Assembly: GCA_965202585.1 (NCBI GenBank)
Contig: OZ241828.1
Coordinates: 42,160,001 to 42,224,000, forward strand
Length of the DNA: 64,000 nucleotides
From: Thalia democratica
Taxonomy: Eukaryota
Direction of reading: 5' to 3'
Shown here piece after piece: positions 49,269 through 61,160 of the stretch. Every line of letters begins with the position of its first letter. Position 1 is the first letter of the stretch. The translations under genes and the position numbers were made by a program. Under the pieces are notes generated by a model that saw only the letters and a list, made by a program, of their open reading frames with translations, searched no databases and had not been told where the DNA came from.

Positions 49269-51061
49269 TCAAGACTTCACCGGTCTTGCAGACACTGGAG
49301 TAACAGTGCATGCGGACTTCAACATAATGTTAGTCACCTACTTTATTTATAAAGTCTTTTATTTGAAGCTTAATCATAAAATATTATTAAAAAAAAAGTT
49401 TAACCCCACATAAAAAGTCTAGACACGCCCCTGCTAATTACAACTAGCATTCAACGTATGACCGTTTTCATTGCTTTCAGACAAACTTTTTAAGAATTTT
49501 AAGACTACACTTAAAAATTTTAGTTGCTTGAATGTTTCAATTGTAAAATATTCTACACATTTTGAAACGCTTTGTTTTCAATACGAGCAAATAACAGCAT
49601 TTAGTAACTGTATGTAGTTTAAGAGAAGTAAATTGACGGGTTGAAAACCTACGTTGACACTAAAAAATATTTTTTTACCACTTTATCTTGAGTTTTGAAA
49701 TTAAAGAAAAGTTGTAAACCGAAACTGTCAAAATGTTCATAGGAACTTTTATTTAATTTTGCAAGTATAAAACTATTTTTATACCAAATCAAAAAAAAAA
49801 AACACTAACCATTTATAAAACTGTAAACTTTAATAAAGCATAGTATTAACTTTTAAGAATCTGTACATTAGAATTTAGAGTGTTGAACCTACCGTGCACA
49901 GGTTTTGATTTTGAGAAATTGCCAACTTAATTAGGTTAAAATTAAGTCTAAGTGATATTGATTATATTATTGAACCTTTAGTTATCTACATTTTTTAAAA
50001 TCAAACTTACTGGACGCTAAAAAAACTTGTAAACTCGCAAGTAACAACTTTTATGCAACAGCTGATGTTTACAAAAAGTTAAATACTTATCAAAAAAAAA
50101 GTTAAGTACTTATCAAAAAGAAAATTTCTCATATCTTTAAATTTAATTCGAAGGCAAAAGCTTGATTTTTATAAAGAAGATTTTAGTTGCAAAACATAAA
50201 ACTAACAAATTCATTTAGTTAAGAATATTTCAAATTAAGAAAAACGTTAAAAAACTTTTTCAAAACTTATATATTTTATTTCAATAAAATTAAGTTTATT
50301 CAAAATTAATTTAAAAAATACTTTAAGTTGAAATTTATACAAGCATTGTCAAACTGTTCTAGTGAAAAATGGTATTTAAAAAACTCTGATGATAACTAAA
50401 ATAGAAACCAAAAATGATTCTTACTAATTATTAAGTACACAATATCCGATAAAATCAAGAACTCTGCATTCAAAGTGTTGTCAGTTTAAAAATAAAACTT
50501 GTTATTGTTTCTCTTAAAACTTTAGAAGAGATAATCTATTTAATCAATATATGATATATTTATATTAAATCATAGTTATGATGCTTAGGTTTAAAACGAC
50601 TTGCGCAAAAGAAGTAAACTTGAGCTATCTGACAACTTTTTTTTATAGTATGCTTATAATACGATTTTTAGTATACAGTAAGAATTATTAAATGATTGTA
50701 TTATCAAAAGCCTTAACAAAGATGTTTTTTTAGTAGAAGTTTCCAAAATTACACACTGCCCGCAAAATACTTTTTTATTAAATCTGGCCCACAAACTAAA
50801 AAGCATACTACCCCTATTTTAAATAAAGATATTATAATATTTAATATTACAAAAGGTTTTATAACCCTCAGCCGTTACAGTGTCATCTGAATGCACACTG
50901 TGCTGGTCAGAGACGGTATTGAGCTCAGGATTACTTTGTTGGGTACGTCTACTAGAGCTTGTTGCCTTATCAGCCGAATGTGCACGCATAGCGTGCTTCG
51001 TAACCAGCTTAGTGAGGCTATTGGCTGAAACGGTTTTAGGCTTCTTACTGGTAGTACTCAT
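49269..51061 (-). CDS. Candidate orphan small gene B (exon 51061-50879, possible exon 49337-49269), related to A
   Basis: MSTTSKKPKTVS..NPEL..DTVTAEGY resembles the ORF at 48071 (MSTSSKKSIPVS..NPEP..DIVRGEGY); the second-exon acceptor is weak. Confidence 0.3.
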
Positions 51062-52038
51062 CGCTTACCGAGGTTAAAATATCGGTTACGGTGTCAACTA
51101 AATTGTAGTTGATTTTAAACGTATTCTTGAAGTAAGCTGAAAGGTAGTTAGTTATTCTAGTTCTAAATAATTTTACTATTTATTTGAAATGTAGTATTAA
51201 TTATGACTAGAAGGTAAATAAGTAGCTTAGTTAAACTAATCGTAATATATCTTACAATAAAGGTTAAACTACAATATACTAGTACTAATAATCTAATATT
51301 TACTTAACTACGTTTTATGGTTAATAAAACAACTATTTAGCAACCAAAATTTTAATCAATTAAAACACAAAACGATACAAAAAAGAAACACTCACACACG
51401 TGCAGATCAGAGCTCGATGGTTTGTTTCTCGGCACTTTTTGCTGGATGTCTTAGTACTTGCTTTCAGTTCTTAAGACTCGTAAAACTCTGAGCAAAACGG
51501 TAATATACGGCAAAACGGCAAAACCGTATAAAACGTTCAAGCAGCCCTTTGGGAAGTTATAGGAATCTCTGCTCGAGAACGGTTGTTAAAAAAACCGGAA
51601 AACGGAAACGGAAAGCTGTATTGAAAATGCGCTTGTATTCGTTTCTCAGCGGCTCTTGAATGCAACACTAAAGAAACAGTTGTCGGTGAACAACGAAAGC
51701 TGATCAACAGTCAATGACTGGATATGCCTTTGCTTTGGTTTCTTGGTGAGAAGCTCAAGAAGCAGCTGTCGAAACAACTAAAGCAGAAAAGGTGTAGCAA
51801 CTTACACAATCTAACGAACTAAGTAACTAAAATGAACACAATCGACGTTAACTCTACGTTGTAGCGTAAAAACTAGCTTGAAATTGAGAGACTATGAAAG
51901 TCAGCTCAACAAACAAAAACCAAAAGTGAGTGGTTACGCCCCTCTCGCGGCGTTCAGTTTTATGTGATTTTAATAAATCCTCTTGATTTTATGTGAAAAA
52001 TGAAAACAAAGCTAAGCAGAGCACAGGCGATTCAAGCA

Positions 52039-52320
52039 GAGGCAACTCGAGCAGAAGCAACTCGAGAAGAAGCAACTCGAAAAGAGGCAACTCGAGAAGA
52101 AACAACTCGAGAAGAAGCAACTCGAGAAGAAGCAACTCGAGAAGAGCCAACTCGAGAAGAGCCAACTCGAGAAGAAGCATCTCGAGAATAGCCAACTCGA
52201 GAAGAAGCATCTCGAGAATAGCCAACTCGAGAAGAAGCATCTCAAGCAGAGGCAACTCGAGCAGAAGCAACTCGAAAAGAAGCAACTCTAGCAGAGACAA
52301 CTCGAGCAGGGACAACTCAA
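52039..52320 (+). repeat. 15-bp minisatellite (GAAGCAACTCGAGAA, about 19 units) encoding EATRE pentapeptides
   Basis: Units read EATRA/EATRE/EATRK/ETTRE/EPTRE/EASRE in the frame of ORF 52000; two TAG codons at 52189 and 52219. Confidence 0.92.
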
Positions 52321-53713
52321 GTAGGGGCAAATCAATTTCCATCAACTCGGTTTTTTTTTTCTGCACCACCTAAGAAAAATACCACGCGACGCCACTGATA
52401 CATACCTTCAAAGTAATTGTTATAAAAGAATTCGCTTCACTATAACACTCGTTTTTTTGGTTACGTAAATAACTAAACTACTAGTGAAAACTTTAACATT
52501 AAAACGAATGAACAACCAAGAGTAAATAATACATTAGGTTTGCTTAAATAGTAACTAAAATAACTTTTAACTAAAAGATAAAGCCGGAAAAAAAGATGAA
52601 AGTTTCAAACTAATTACGTTACTTTAACTACCACACGCATAGTTAACACCACCAAATTTAATGAAAATGTTGCCGATACATATGGAGAAAAAAGAATCAA
52701 TGTTTCAAAGTTTTCTAAAAAAGAAACAAAATTATCTTCATTAACAAACGAAGCAACGAAATAAAGTTTGATTTAACAAAGAATTAAAATTCATATTGTT
52801 ACAAACGATTATAACGACGAGCTTAAGTTGACCAGAACTTAAACAACAAACTATTAAACTCTCGAAAGTTTAACTTTAAACAACAAATAGTTAACATTCA
52901 ACTTTCAATACAGTTTAGCAAATAACTTTTTAAAAAAACACGCTAAATGGTCGTAGATACGGGCTAACAAAACAAAATTAACCATTGTAATATGATACAG
53001 ACGTCTTTACATAACTCATCTAGAAATTCATGTAAAATAATTCGATATTTAACTGTAACTAGAAAACTATTAGTGACAAATACTACGAAAACAGCAGGTC
53101 ATGTCAATTGACCTAAGTAAAAGATAAAATACGAGAATAATATCAATGATGAGTGATTCAAACGATCAGTCATATGAAAATGGGTTAAAACCTTGCTAAC
53201 CAGACGTTAAACCTCACATTTAGAATGCACGTTTAAAAATGATTATAATATGAGTTGTATTAAAATAATTATTGAAAACGGGTTGTTAATCGTTAACATA
53301 TTAATCTAGTTGGCTAATTTTTTACCAAAACAAAACGTGTTTTGGTAAAAATGACAACGAACCGATTAAATGCACCGAAACTTAACTTTTCAAGAAAAAA
53401 ACGCTTATATACATAGAATTTTATACCTTCGAAATTAAGAATGAACATTAAAAACCGTTAACAATTAGTACCAATTACAATTAGTACCATTATACAATGG
53501 GCTGAGGTGCGTTTTCGTGGGGTTTTTAAGCCAAATCTTCTCACACTTAAACAAATCCGGCTCGTAATATGTAGATTTGTTGTAGTGTTTTTTGTGTTTT
53601 CAGTTAATGCCAGACATAGAAAACAAAAACGTAGTGTATCAAAAATCTGACTTCAGTTTTCTGACTTTCTACTTTGTCGAACATTACACGGCCGCTAAGG
53701 TTCGTGCAAACCC

Positions 53714-54385
53714 CTAATGCGTACTGTGACGGCGTAAACGTGAAAACGCGTTAACTATTTCTGCCATTATAAGTGGTAAGTGCAAGCTCCAGTTTGTTTC
53801 TTCGGTCAAAGCACGAAGGGCTACGTTGATTGTTCTATGTTGTCGTTCTATGTAGCCATTGGACGAAGGGCTGTAGACTGGTACAAAATGATGGTCGATG
53901 CCTAGCTGTTCAAAGGCACTGGACAGGACCGAATTCTTAAATTCTCGTCCGTTGTCCGTAACCACCACTTGTGGAACGCCAAACACCCCGCACCATGCTT
54001 GAACAAAAGCATTTCTGACGGTCTTTTTTACTTTTGATTGGGGCTGTCACCAGAAAACCGGTACCCTGGTCTTTAGCAGTAAGTATGTATTTTTTCTCCT
54101 CTGATGCCGTTCTCAATTGACCTACCAGGTCCATGTGAACGTATTGAAATCGTTCACTTTTTTCTAGATAGAATCCAATTTTAGGTCGATTGTAACTGGT
54201 TACTTTCGTAGCCTGACAATCGACGCAGGTTTTGCACCAATAGGCAACGTCTTTGGCTAACGTTGGCCACCAATAATTTTTAGTAGTAGCTAACGCGAAT
54301 TTCTCTTTACCGAGATGTATGTACCCGTGTGCTATCTCAAAAGCTGTAAGGCGTAGAAGAGTGGGCAATATGATTCTTGCGTTAA
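53714..54385 (-). mobile_element. Ty3/gypsy integrase remnant (HHCC + DDE), one frameshift
   Basis: AHGYIHLG..YWWPTLAKDV..CVDCQ, HMDLVG, FGVPQVVVTDNGREF, SNGYIERQHRT; frameshift near 54025; similarity ends at WSLHLPLIM; possible LTR start TGTAATG at 53688. Confidence 0.9.
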
Positions 54386-54559
54386 AATAAAACCCACTTG
54401 CAAAAAATATCTACAGCTAATAAATATTTTTTATACATAAACGATATTAACAAAACAAGTGACAACACATACAGGTAGATTATGTATAAAAGTATTTTTT
54501 TGAATTGTTTGTTTTTCTGTTGAATAGATGTTAGTTAATTAAAACTAAATATGAATCTC

Positions 54560-55759
54560 TATTCTTTGGCAAGATTGATAGTAATTGTAAGTCCCTGACT
54601 CGTTAAGCCTTTTAAGATTTCATCATTAACAACAATATTAATGTTAAAAGCAATTGGAGTTTTAGAAGCATCACTGAAAGTAACCGGAGCTCTTATATTT
54701 TCTGAAGGCACTGTAAGGTTTAACAACTGTTTTTCAGTTTTTGATATGAGATCTATTGTTCGATTTTTGTTTGTTTTTTGTAGTGTTATCTTTTGGAAAA
54801 ACAGTTTTAAAGTACTTTCTCCTTACTTAAAAGTACTTAAAAGGAATTTGTACTAGTTTACTTCTTATTAGCTGCTTTTGATTCTTGAGTTTCTTTCGGA
54901 TTTCTTTCTTCTGTTGTAGGTTTTTTTGTAACAGGCTTGGATTTTGAAGAAGAAATTTCTTTGGATGACTTCACTGGTGTTGTTGGTAGTTTTTGTAACA
55001 ACTTTTTTAGCATTTGTGGTATCTTTTGAATCCAAAAGCTTAAAAGTTTTTGATTTAAAAAAATTAACTTCAGTCGCTAGCTCCTCATTGCAAATCTTGT
55101 CCAAAATGCAAAATGTCTTTTTTCTCTTTGAACTTTTTGTTTGATCGAAATTTTTCTACGATAAGTATCAATTTCACGTTCGAGGTCGTTATAAGTATAA
55201 TCGACGTAGTGCAAAAAAAATTTCAAGCCTTTCCAAATACCAGTTGGTCTAAATTTATTAAAACTGGTCGCCCTTGTAGTTACAACTTTAATCATCCCGT
55301 GCCATCTCCTTCTTTAATCTCTCAAGCCAAAAAGTCATTTCAGTTCACTTTTCTTCAAAGACCCCTTCTCGCCATATCTGTTAAAAACAATTAGAAGGCA
55401 CCTGAACCATATTCTTCCAGCTTCGCAAGGTTAGCCTATATTTCCCGGTCCTTCTCATAGTCGGTGCTTTCCATCGAAATTACAACATAAACCAACGCAT
55501 GCGACTCTCCTACAAAATCTTCCCACCTAAGTTTACGATCCTGATTTCCCATCTCGGTCAGATTGCAATTGTGACTTCCTCTTTGGAAGAACCAGTTTTG
55601 AATTCCGTTTGTCGAAAGTGGGTCGGATTTGGGCTTGATCCCTGCAAGTGCAGACGCAACAGATGACACTCCCGATCCTTTCTGCCCAGTGATGAAGAAA
55701 TTTGCTTGCCGTTCTTCTTTTTTTCTGCGAATTAAGCTAATGACTTTCCTCATTTTCAT
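54560..55759 (-). pseudogene. Intronless ARL13-like (Arf-family) GTPase pseudogene
   Basis: Degenerate G1 GQKGSGVS, G2 LSTNG, G3 LTEMGNQ, RWEDFVGESHALVYVV, LLIVFNR (G4 region), then GIWKGLKFFLHYV..DLEREI resembling the ARL13B helix and coiled coil. In-frame TAG (55436-55438), TGA and TAA, and about 3 frameshifts; last segment ends ..GLTITINLAKE*. Confidence 0.7.
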
Positions 55760-56081
55760 TTTGTACTTAAGTAGTATTTAAACTTACTATACAAATTTGT
55801 AAAACATAATCAAAATAAAAAGTTTTACTTTCGTTAAGCAATGACGTAATAATCAAAATATATTTTCGTCGGTATGGAAGTAAGAGTCTTTTTATAACTG
55901 TATAAAAATTGGTATATTTATTATAAAAAGGGTTTTTTGTTCTTAAAAAGTTAGTAAAACCGAGGCATTTTTATTTTCAAATCATTAACATTAGACTGCA
56001 CCGCACAACCAATGATTTCTGAGATAGACTAGTCAAAAGAGACTAGAGTCCTAGTCAAAAATAAAAGCATTATAAAGTTAA

Positions 56082-56341
56082 GATCTACATGTAATAAAAA
56101 TTGATTTGAAAAATTATATAAAAAAACTGTCTCAATATGCTTTTACAAAAAACAACAAATACAAAGATCTTTCGTTAATTATATAAACATTTTCATGGCT
56201 TATTAAAAAATAATCATTTTAATAGGCTTAGAAAATGTTTATATAACAAACGAAAGATCTTTGTATCTGTTGTTTTTGTAAAAGAACTCAGACAATTTTT
56301 TTTATATGGTTTTTCAAAACAATTTTTATTACATGTAGATC
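56082..56341. repeat. About 260-bp fold-back inverted repeat
   Basis: GATCTACATGTAATAAAAA.. at 56082 pairs with ..TTTTATTACATGTAGATC at 56341; arms continue inward to a short loop near 56210. Confidence 0.8.
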
Positions 56342-56378
56342 ACAATATTTAAATATGTCTGATCTCTACTATAAAAAA

Positions 56379-57400
56379 GGCACAAATAGGTCACTTTTGC
56401 ACGAAGGGTCACTTTTACACGAGGAGACACTTTTTCACGGCATCACTTTAGCACGAGCAGACACTTTGAACGGTGTCACTTTTGCACATAGGGTAAATAA
56501 ATATATATAAAAAAATTACACTGTAAAAAAAATAAGAAAAAAAATATAAAAGTATGAATTAAAAAAAAACAAAAAAAAATACCGACCGAGGGTAAGGGTT
56601 AGAGTGGTAGGGTGCACGACTATTCAAATTCGGACAATTCAAATTCCGACAATTCAAATTCTTAATAAAAGATTAAAACAACTAAAAATAAAAAAGTAAT
56701 GTGTATTTGACTTGAATAAAAAATGCATATGTAAATCATATTAATATCTACAGGCCATTTTTTTCTTTTTGCAAAACATTTAACATTTTTTGAGATATGG
56801 TTTATATAAAGTAAAAAACATAGTTATTTTTAGTAATTTTAGAATATCTTGAAAAGTATTTTAGATTTTGAAAAAAAGTTGCTTCAGATATTATTAAGAT
56901 CTACATATGTATTTTTTATTTTTTTCAAATTTATATTACTTATTGAGATATAGTCCTTTTAATATTTTTTTAAGAATTTGAATTGTCGGAATTTGAGTTG
57001 TCCGAATTTGAATAGTCATGTAACCAGAGTGGTAACAGTGACATTAAAAATAAAACATGTAAAAGATAAAAATACCTAAATAATAAAAAGTATAAAAAAA
57101 TAAAACTAATAAAAAAACAAAATGAAAAAAAAAGTTACTGACCAAGGGTTAGGGGTAACTGTGATAGAAAAAAGTATACATACCTAATAGAAACTATTAA
57201 ACAAAAAATAACAGGAAAAAAAAATCATAAACAATTATTTGTAAAAAAATATATCGATTGAGGGTAAGGGTTAGGAGTAATAGTAATGGCAAAAAAAAAT
57301 TAAAATTAAAAAAGAAAAAAAAATATCTGTGTATAAATTGTCCCTCTTGCTAAAGTGACGGTCGTTCAAAAGTGTCACCTCGTGCAAAAAAGTCAGACTA
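56379..57400. mobile_element. MITE with subterminal GTCACTTTTGCACG repeats and GGGTAAGGGTTAG motifs (host of the nested insertion)
   Basis: Repeats at 56386-56490 are inverted relative to 57340-57395; boundaries approximate. Confidence 0.65.
56610..57025. mobile_element. MULE-like MITE with 9-bp TSD AGAGTGGTA, nested
   Basis: TIRs GGGTGCACGACTATTCAAATTCGGACAA / reverse complement GGTTACATGACTATTCAAATTCGGACAA; AGAGTGGTA at 56601-56609 and 57026-57034. Confidence 0.88.
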
Positions 57401-59667
57401 CCTTCAAACAATTCAATTTAAATTATAAAGTTATAGATAGAAAAGAATTATTTTTCAACAGCTCTTGATAATTTAAAAAAATTGTAGCTTTAAGTATAAA
57501 AAGATTTTTAGGAGAAACATCTAGTTAGAAATAGGAAAAATTTTAATTCTTATTATTTTAAAAGAGTAAAACTACTTTTTTTTTGTTTGAAAACTAAATA
57601 TATATTACAACTATTTTGGCTAGCACTACCAAACTAGTATATAAAAATAACTAGTTACTACTTTGCAAATATGTGCACACACTGCACATATAAGTTAATG
57701 CTACTAGTAATAAAAAAATATCACTAACACGATTTACTCCTTTTTTTAAGTTTAGGAATTACTGGTTTAATTTATTACTTAATTTAAAAAGACTAATAAC
57801 AGCTCATACTTTATATAGTTTATAAGTTTTCTCTAATATCTCTGAAAGCTACGTAAACTTTAAGATTTAATATAACAAAAAAGGAAATAAATATCTTTAA
57901 CCTCTCTAAATCACAATAAAAAAAATAATAGCATTTAACGATTATTGCTTTTTTCAGTTTATAGTATAATTTAAAAAAAAAATAGTAAAACTTAGTTTTT
58001 AATGGTGCTTATTTTATCATAAAAGGTCTGAACGAAACAGGCTCGTAAATGTACAATAACAGTTTTTTAAATACCTACTTTATTAAAATTAACGACTATT
58101 CTAGTCGTTGTTTTTTAGTCGTAGTCAACTTAAGTCGTTGTACATAGAGTTATCCAGTGTTTAGGAAAGGACCTTTTTATAACCAAAATGAGCAAACTTT
58201 AAGTTTATGTTACATAAATTTATGTATTTATACAAATGTTTAAGCTTTTATATAGAAATATGCTATACTTATTTTAAAAAATTGGTTCAGCATTATCATG
58301 CGTAAATTTTACCATGTTAAAAGGTTTATAAAGCCGCTTTAAATCATGTAAAGAAGGTTATGGTCAAATTTATTTCTAATGTTGACAAACTCAACAAGTT
58401 TAAGTTATTTTTATTAAAAGTTTTTTGGACAGTATTTTCTAAACTTAATATCAGAAGTTTGTTCTGAATCAATGATATTTGCTTGAAAGCAAGGTATCTA
58501 TTTTCAATACAAATTTTAATATAAATTTTGGTTCCCCTATTTAAAGAGTATACTACCGTAACTATTTTCAATGTAATAATTCATTTAAGTTCAGAAAACT
58601 AACTTTTAAATTATTTAGACTTAAAAATAGGCCTTTTTGTAAGCCTATTATATGTGCAAACTTAAGTGCTAATGTTATGTAGCTTACACTAAATAACATT
58701 ATAAATTTTTTAAACTTGTGTTATTAAGAGTCTAGACTAGAGACATCGACTTATGTTGTTTATAATTTATTTTGTGCTTAGTTTGTAAGTTTTAGTGCTT
58801 AGATTTTTTTATCATTAACACTCATAAACATATACAAACATTTTAGTACAAATCAATAATTACTGATTTTATTTAAAAATTAAGACCGACAGGCTTATAA
58901 TTTTATAAACTTTGATAAACACTCATAGACTATTTTCTTTGCGAAATAAAATCTAAATAAAAAGAATAAAAAGTTAGTTTAGAAACATCCAACTAGTTTT
59001 AACAGTATGAAATATTTTTAACAGGTTTTAGTTTAAAATATCAAAATGAGAATTTTCAATGGAAATTAAATTAATAAAACAACTAGGCTAACAAAATAGA
59101 CTATAATAAAACAAGTTCTTTCACAGTTGTAGAAATAAATTATACATTTATAGTAACATAAATAAAAACAAAAGATTACCTGTTTCTGACTTAAAGTTTT
59201 ATTAGTCAGACTGTGCTTTTACTATATACCAAGTATAGAGCACTTTGAAACAAATTTAATGAAACAACACACTATCTAAAAAAACAATTAGATTTTTTTG
59301 AGAAAAACTAAAAGCTTAAAAAAATTATTTGGTAGGCGAATGCATACTTACAGAAGTGGAACAACTTTAAGTTGCTTTGAATTGTAATTACTATTTAAAT
59401 TATAATATTTTTACAAAGTTCAACATTTAAAAAGAAAACAAGATAAAAAACTATTATATTAGTTACATATTTTATCGTGTACACACGCTTTAAGACTTTA
59501 AAGGTTGAAATAAGTTTTTTAGAAATCAATCTAAATGCTAGTTAATAAAATTAAAACATCAAATTTTTAAATCATCTATTCGAATTTTTTTTTGTCACAC
59601 AGTAAATCGAAGCATTATACTAAGTTTCATATGATTGTCACATCTGTTGATTTAAACTTTGCTGAAG

Positions 59668-60437
59668 TTATTTAGGAACAAGACCCCTAGATTCAGGATA
59701 AAAGTTTTTTGAAATTGAGTTTTGACCCTTTCGACCGTGCTTACTTGAGCGGGACCTCGCAAGTTTAGATCTAAAGTATTATAAATGCTCAAAATAAATC
59801 ATTAAACGTTTTACATGCATTTTTCAAAATTTAGCTTGAAAAAGTTTTATATAATACCATACCAACTCAGTAATTTAAACGGAAAAAACTTTTCTAAGAT
59901 TAAACTGTTTTGAACAAACTTAAGTTTGTTTATAAAATAAAAAACTTTCATACTACTTGTAGAAACTTAAACATTAAAACTGGTTTGTAATATAGTTCAG
60001 AATAAGTAAGAAAAATTAAACTGCATTAAATATTTTATTCAATTAGTTTAACTTATTTCTTACTACTTCTTACAGTTATAATACTAAACATAAAGTAACA
60101 CCTTATATCTGTTTCTTATAAATTACTTTACTAATTAGATAATTAAATCAAACATCATAAAAATTTCTTTATTTGTCAAAAAGTCATTGAAGCCGCCTTT
60201 TTACAAAACCAAATTTTTTTTATAAAAAAATCATAAAACTTAATTGGTCAACCAGCGATTTAAAACACTAAACAGTAAACTTACATACCTAACTAGAAGC
60301 CGTACAATTTTTTTTACTAAATTTTATAACAAAACAAAAACGAACCTTGACGAAAAGTTCAAAGTTTTATTAACACCAATCGCATCAACGATTATGTCTT
60401 CCTCTTCGTTAAGAGCAGCTTCCAATGCAGCTTGCAC
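59668..60437 (-). CDS. KIF3B: Kinesin-2 motor subunit KIF3B/KRP95, last two coding exons (60437-60346, 59770-59668); the rest of the gene presumably lies beyond the window
   Basis: VQAALEAALNEEEDIIVDA..SSR|SKLARSRSSKHGRKGQNSISKNFYPESRGLVPK* matches the KIF3B tail (VQAALDAALQDEDEIQVDA..LYPQSRGLVPK); GT-AG intron, phase 2. Not in the ORF track. Confidence 0.88.
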
Positions 60438-61003
60438 CTTTACATAATCATAAATAGTTATTTAGTAGATTATGATTGGTTATTATTTATCAGTAGTAGC
60501 TACCAAAATAACAGTATTCTTTATTAACTAGATATAAATTATCATTTTCCACACCTAAAAATTTATATCGCTACTCGTTGTGTTAAAAAGGTAAATGAAA
60601 TGTTTTATGGTCTACAAAACTGCTTGCAAGAATGAAAAAAGTACCTAGTTATGTAACCACAACTAATATTTATCGTTTTCGTTTATATTTCAGTGAAATA
60701 ATTACTACGGCTAAGTATCATCTTAACTTTGTTAATTATGCGACTTTTTATGTTGCACTTATTACTACTAAAATATATGCTAACTACTTATTTGACAATT
60801 TAGCATTAAAAATAAAGCTTTAGTATTTAAATTTAAAAAAGTCAATGTCATCAGAGATATTTAAGCTGATAAATATATATTTATGTTGGAAATTAAAAAA
60901 AATAAAGTGAAAACTTTTTTTAAGATTCACTAAAATAAATTTGATCACCCTTGGACTTCTTATTAAAAAATAAAGTTGAAAAAAAAAGTTTTTTACTCTA
61001 GAC

Positions 61004-61160
61004 CAGGGGTCGGCAAACTGCGGCCCGCGGGCCAAATGCGGCCCGCGAAGGGTAAATCTGCGGCCCGCGAGCACGTTATTTTTTTAAATGGAATGCGGCC
61101 CGCGAGCGAAATTTCTGCGGCCCGCGAGCTACTAAATGTGGCCCGCTGAGCAAAAATAAA
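61004..61160. mobile_element. hAT (Charlie-type) MITE left end, family C, with repeated GCGGCCCGC motifs
   Basis: CTCTAGAC|CAGGGGTCGGCAAACTGCGGCCCGCGGGCC; matching right end not found. Confidence 0.7.

Noticed and set aside
51989-52373. 126-aa Leu/Glu-rich (-) and Ser/Arg-rich (+) ORFs, and ORF 52012-52245
   Set aside because: Alternative frames of the 15-bp minisatellite; not independent genes.
52947-52970. MVVDTG retroviral protease-like motif on the + strand
   Set aside because: Six codons flanked by stops, opposite strand to the integrase, no supporting context.
55077-55759. Stop-codon reassignment or readthrough making the ARL13-like gene functional
   Set aside because: All three stop types and several frameshifts occur, and the neighbouring genes end normally at TAA or TAG.
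56585-57275. GGGTTAGGG-like motifs as interstitial telomere
   Set aside because: Isolated, non-tandem motifs inside a MITE.
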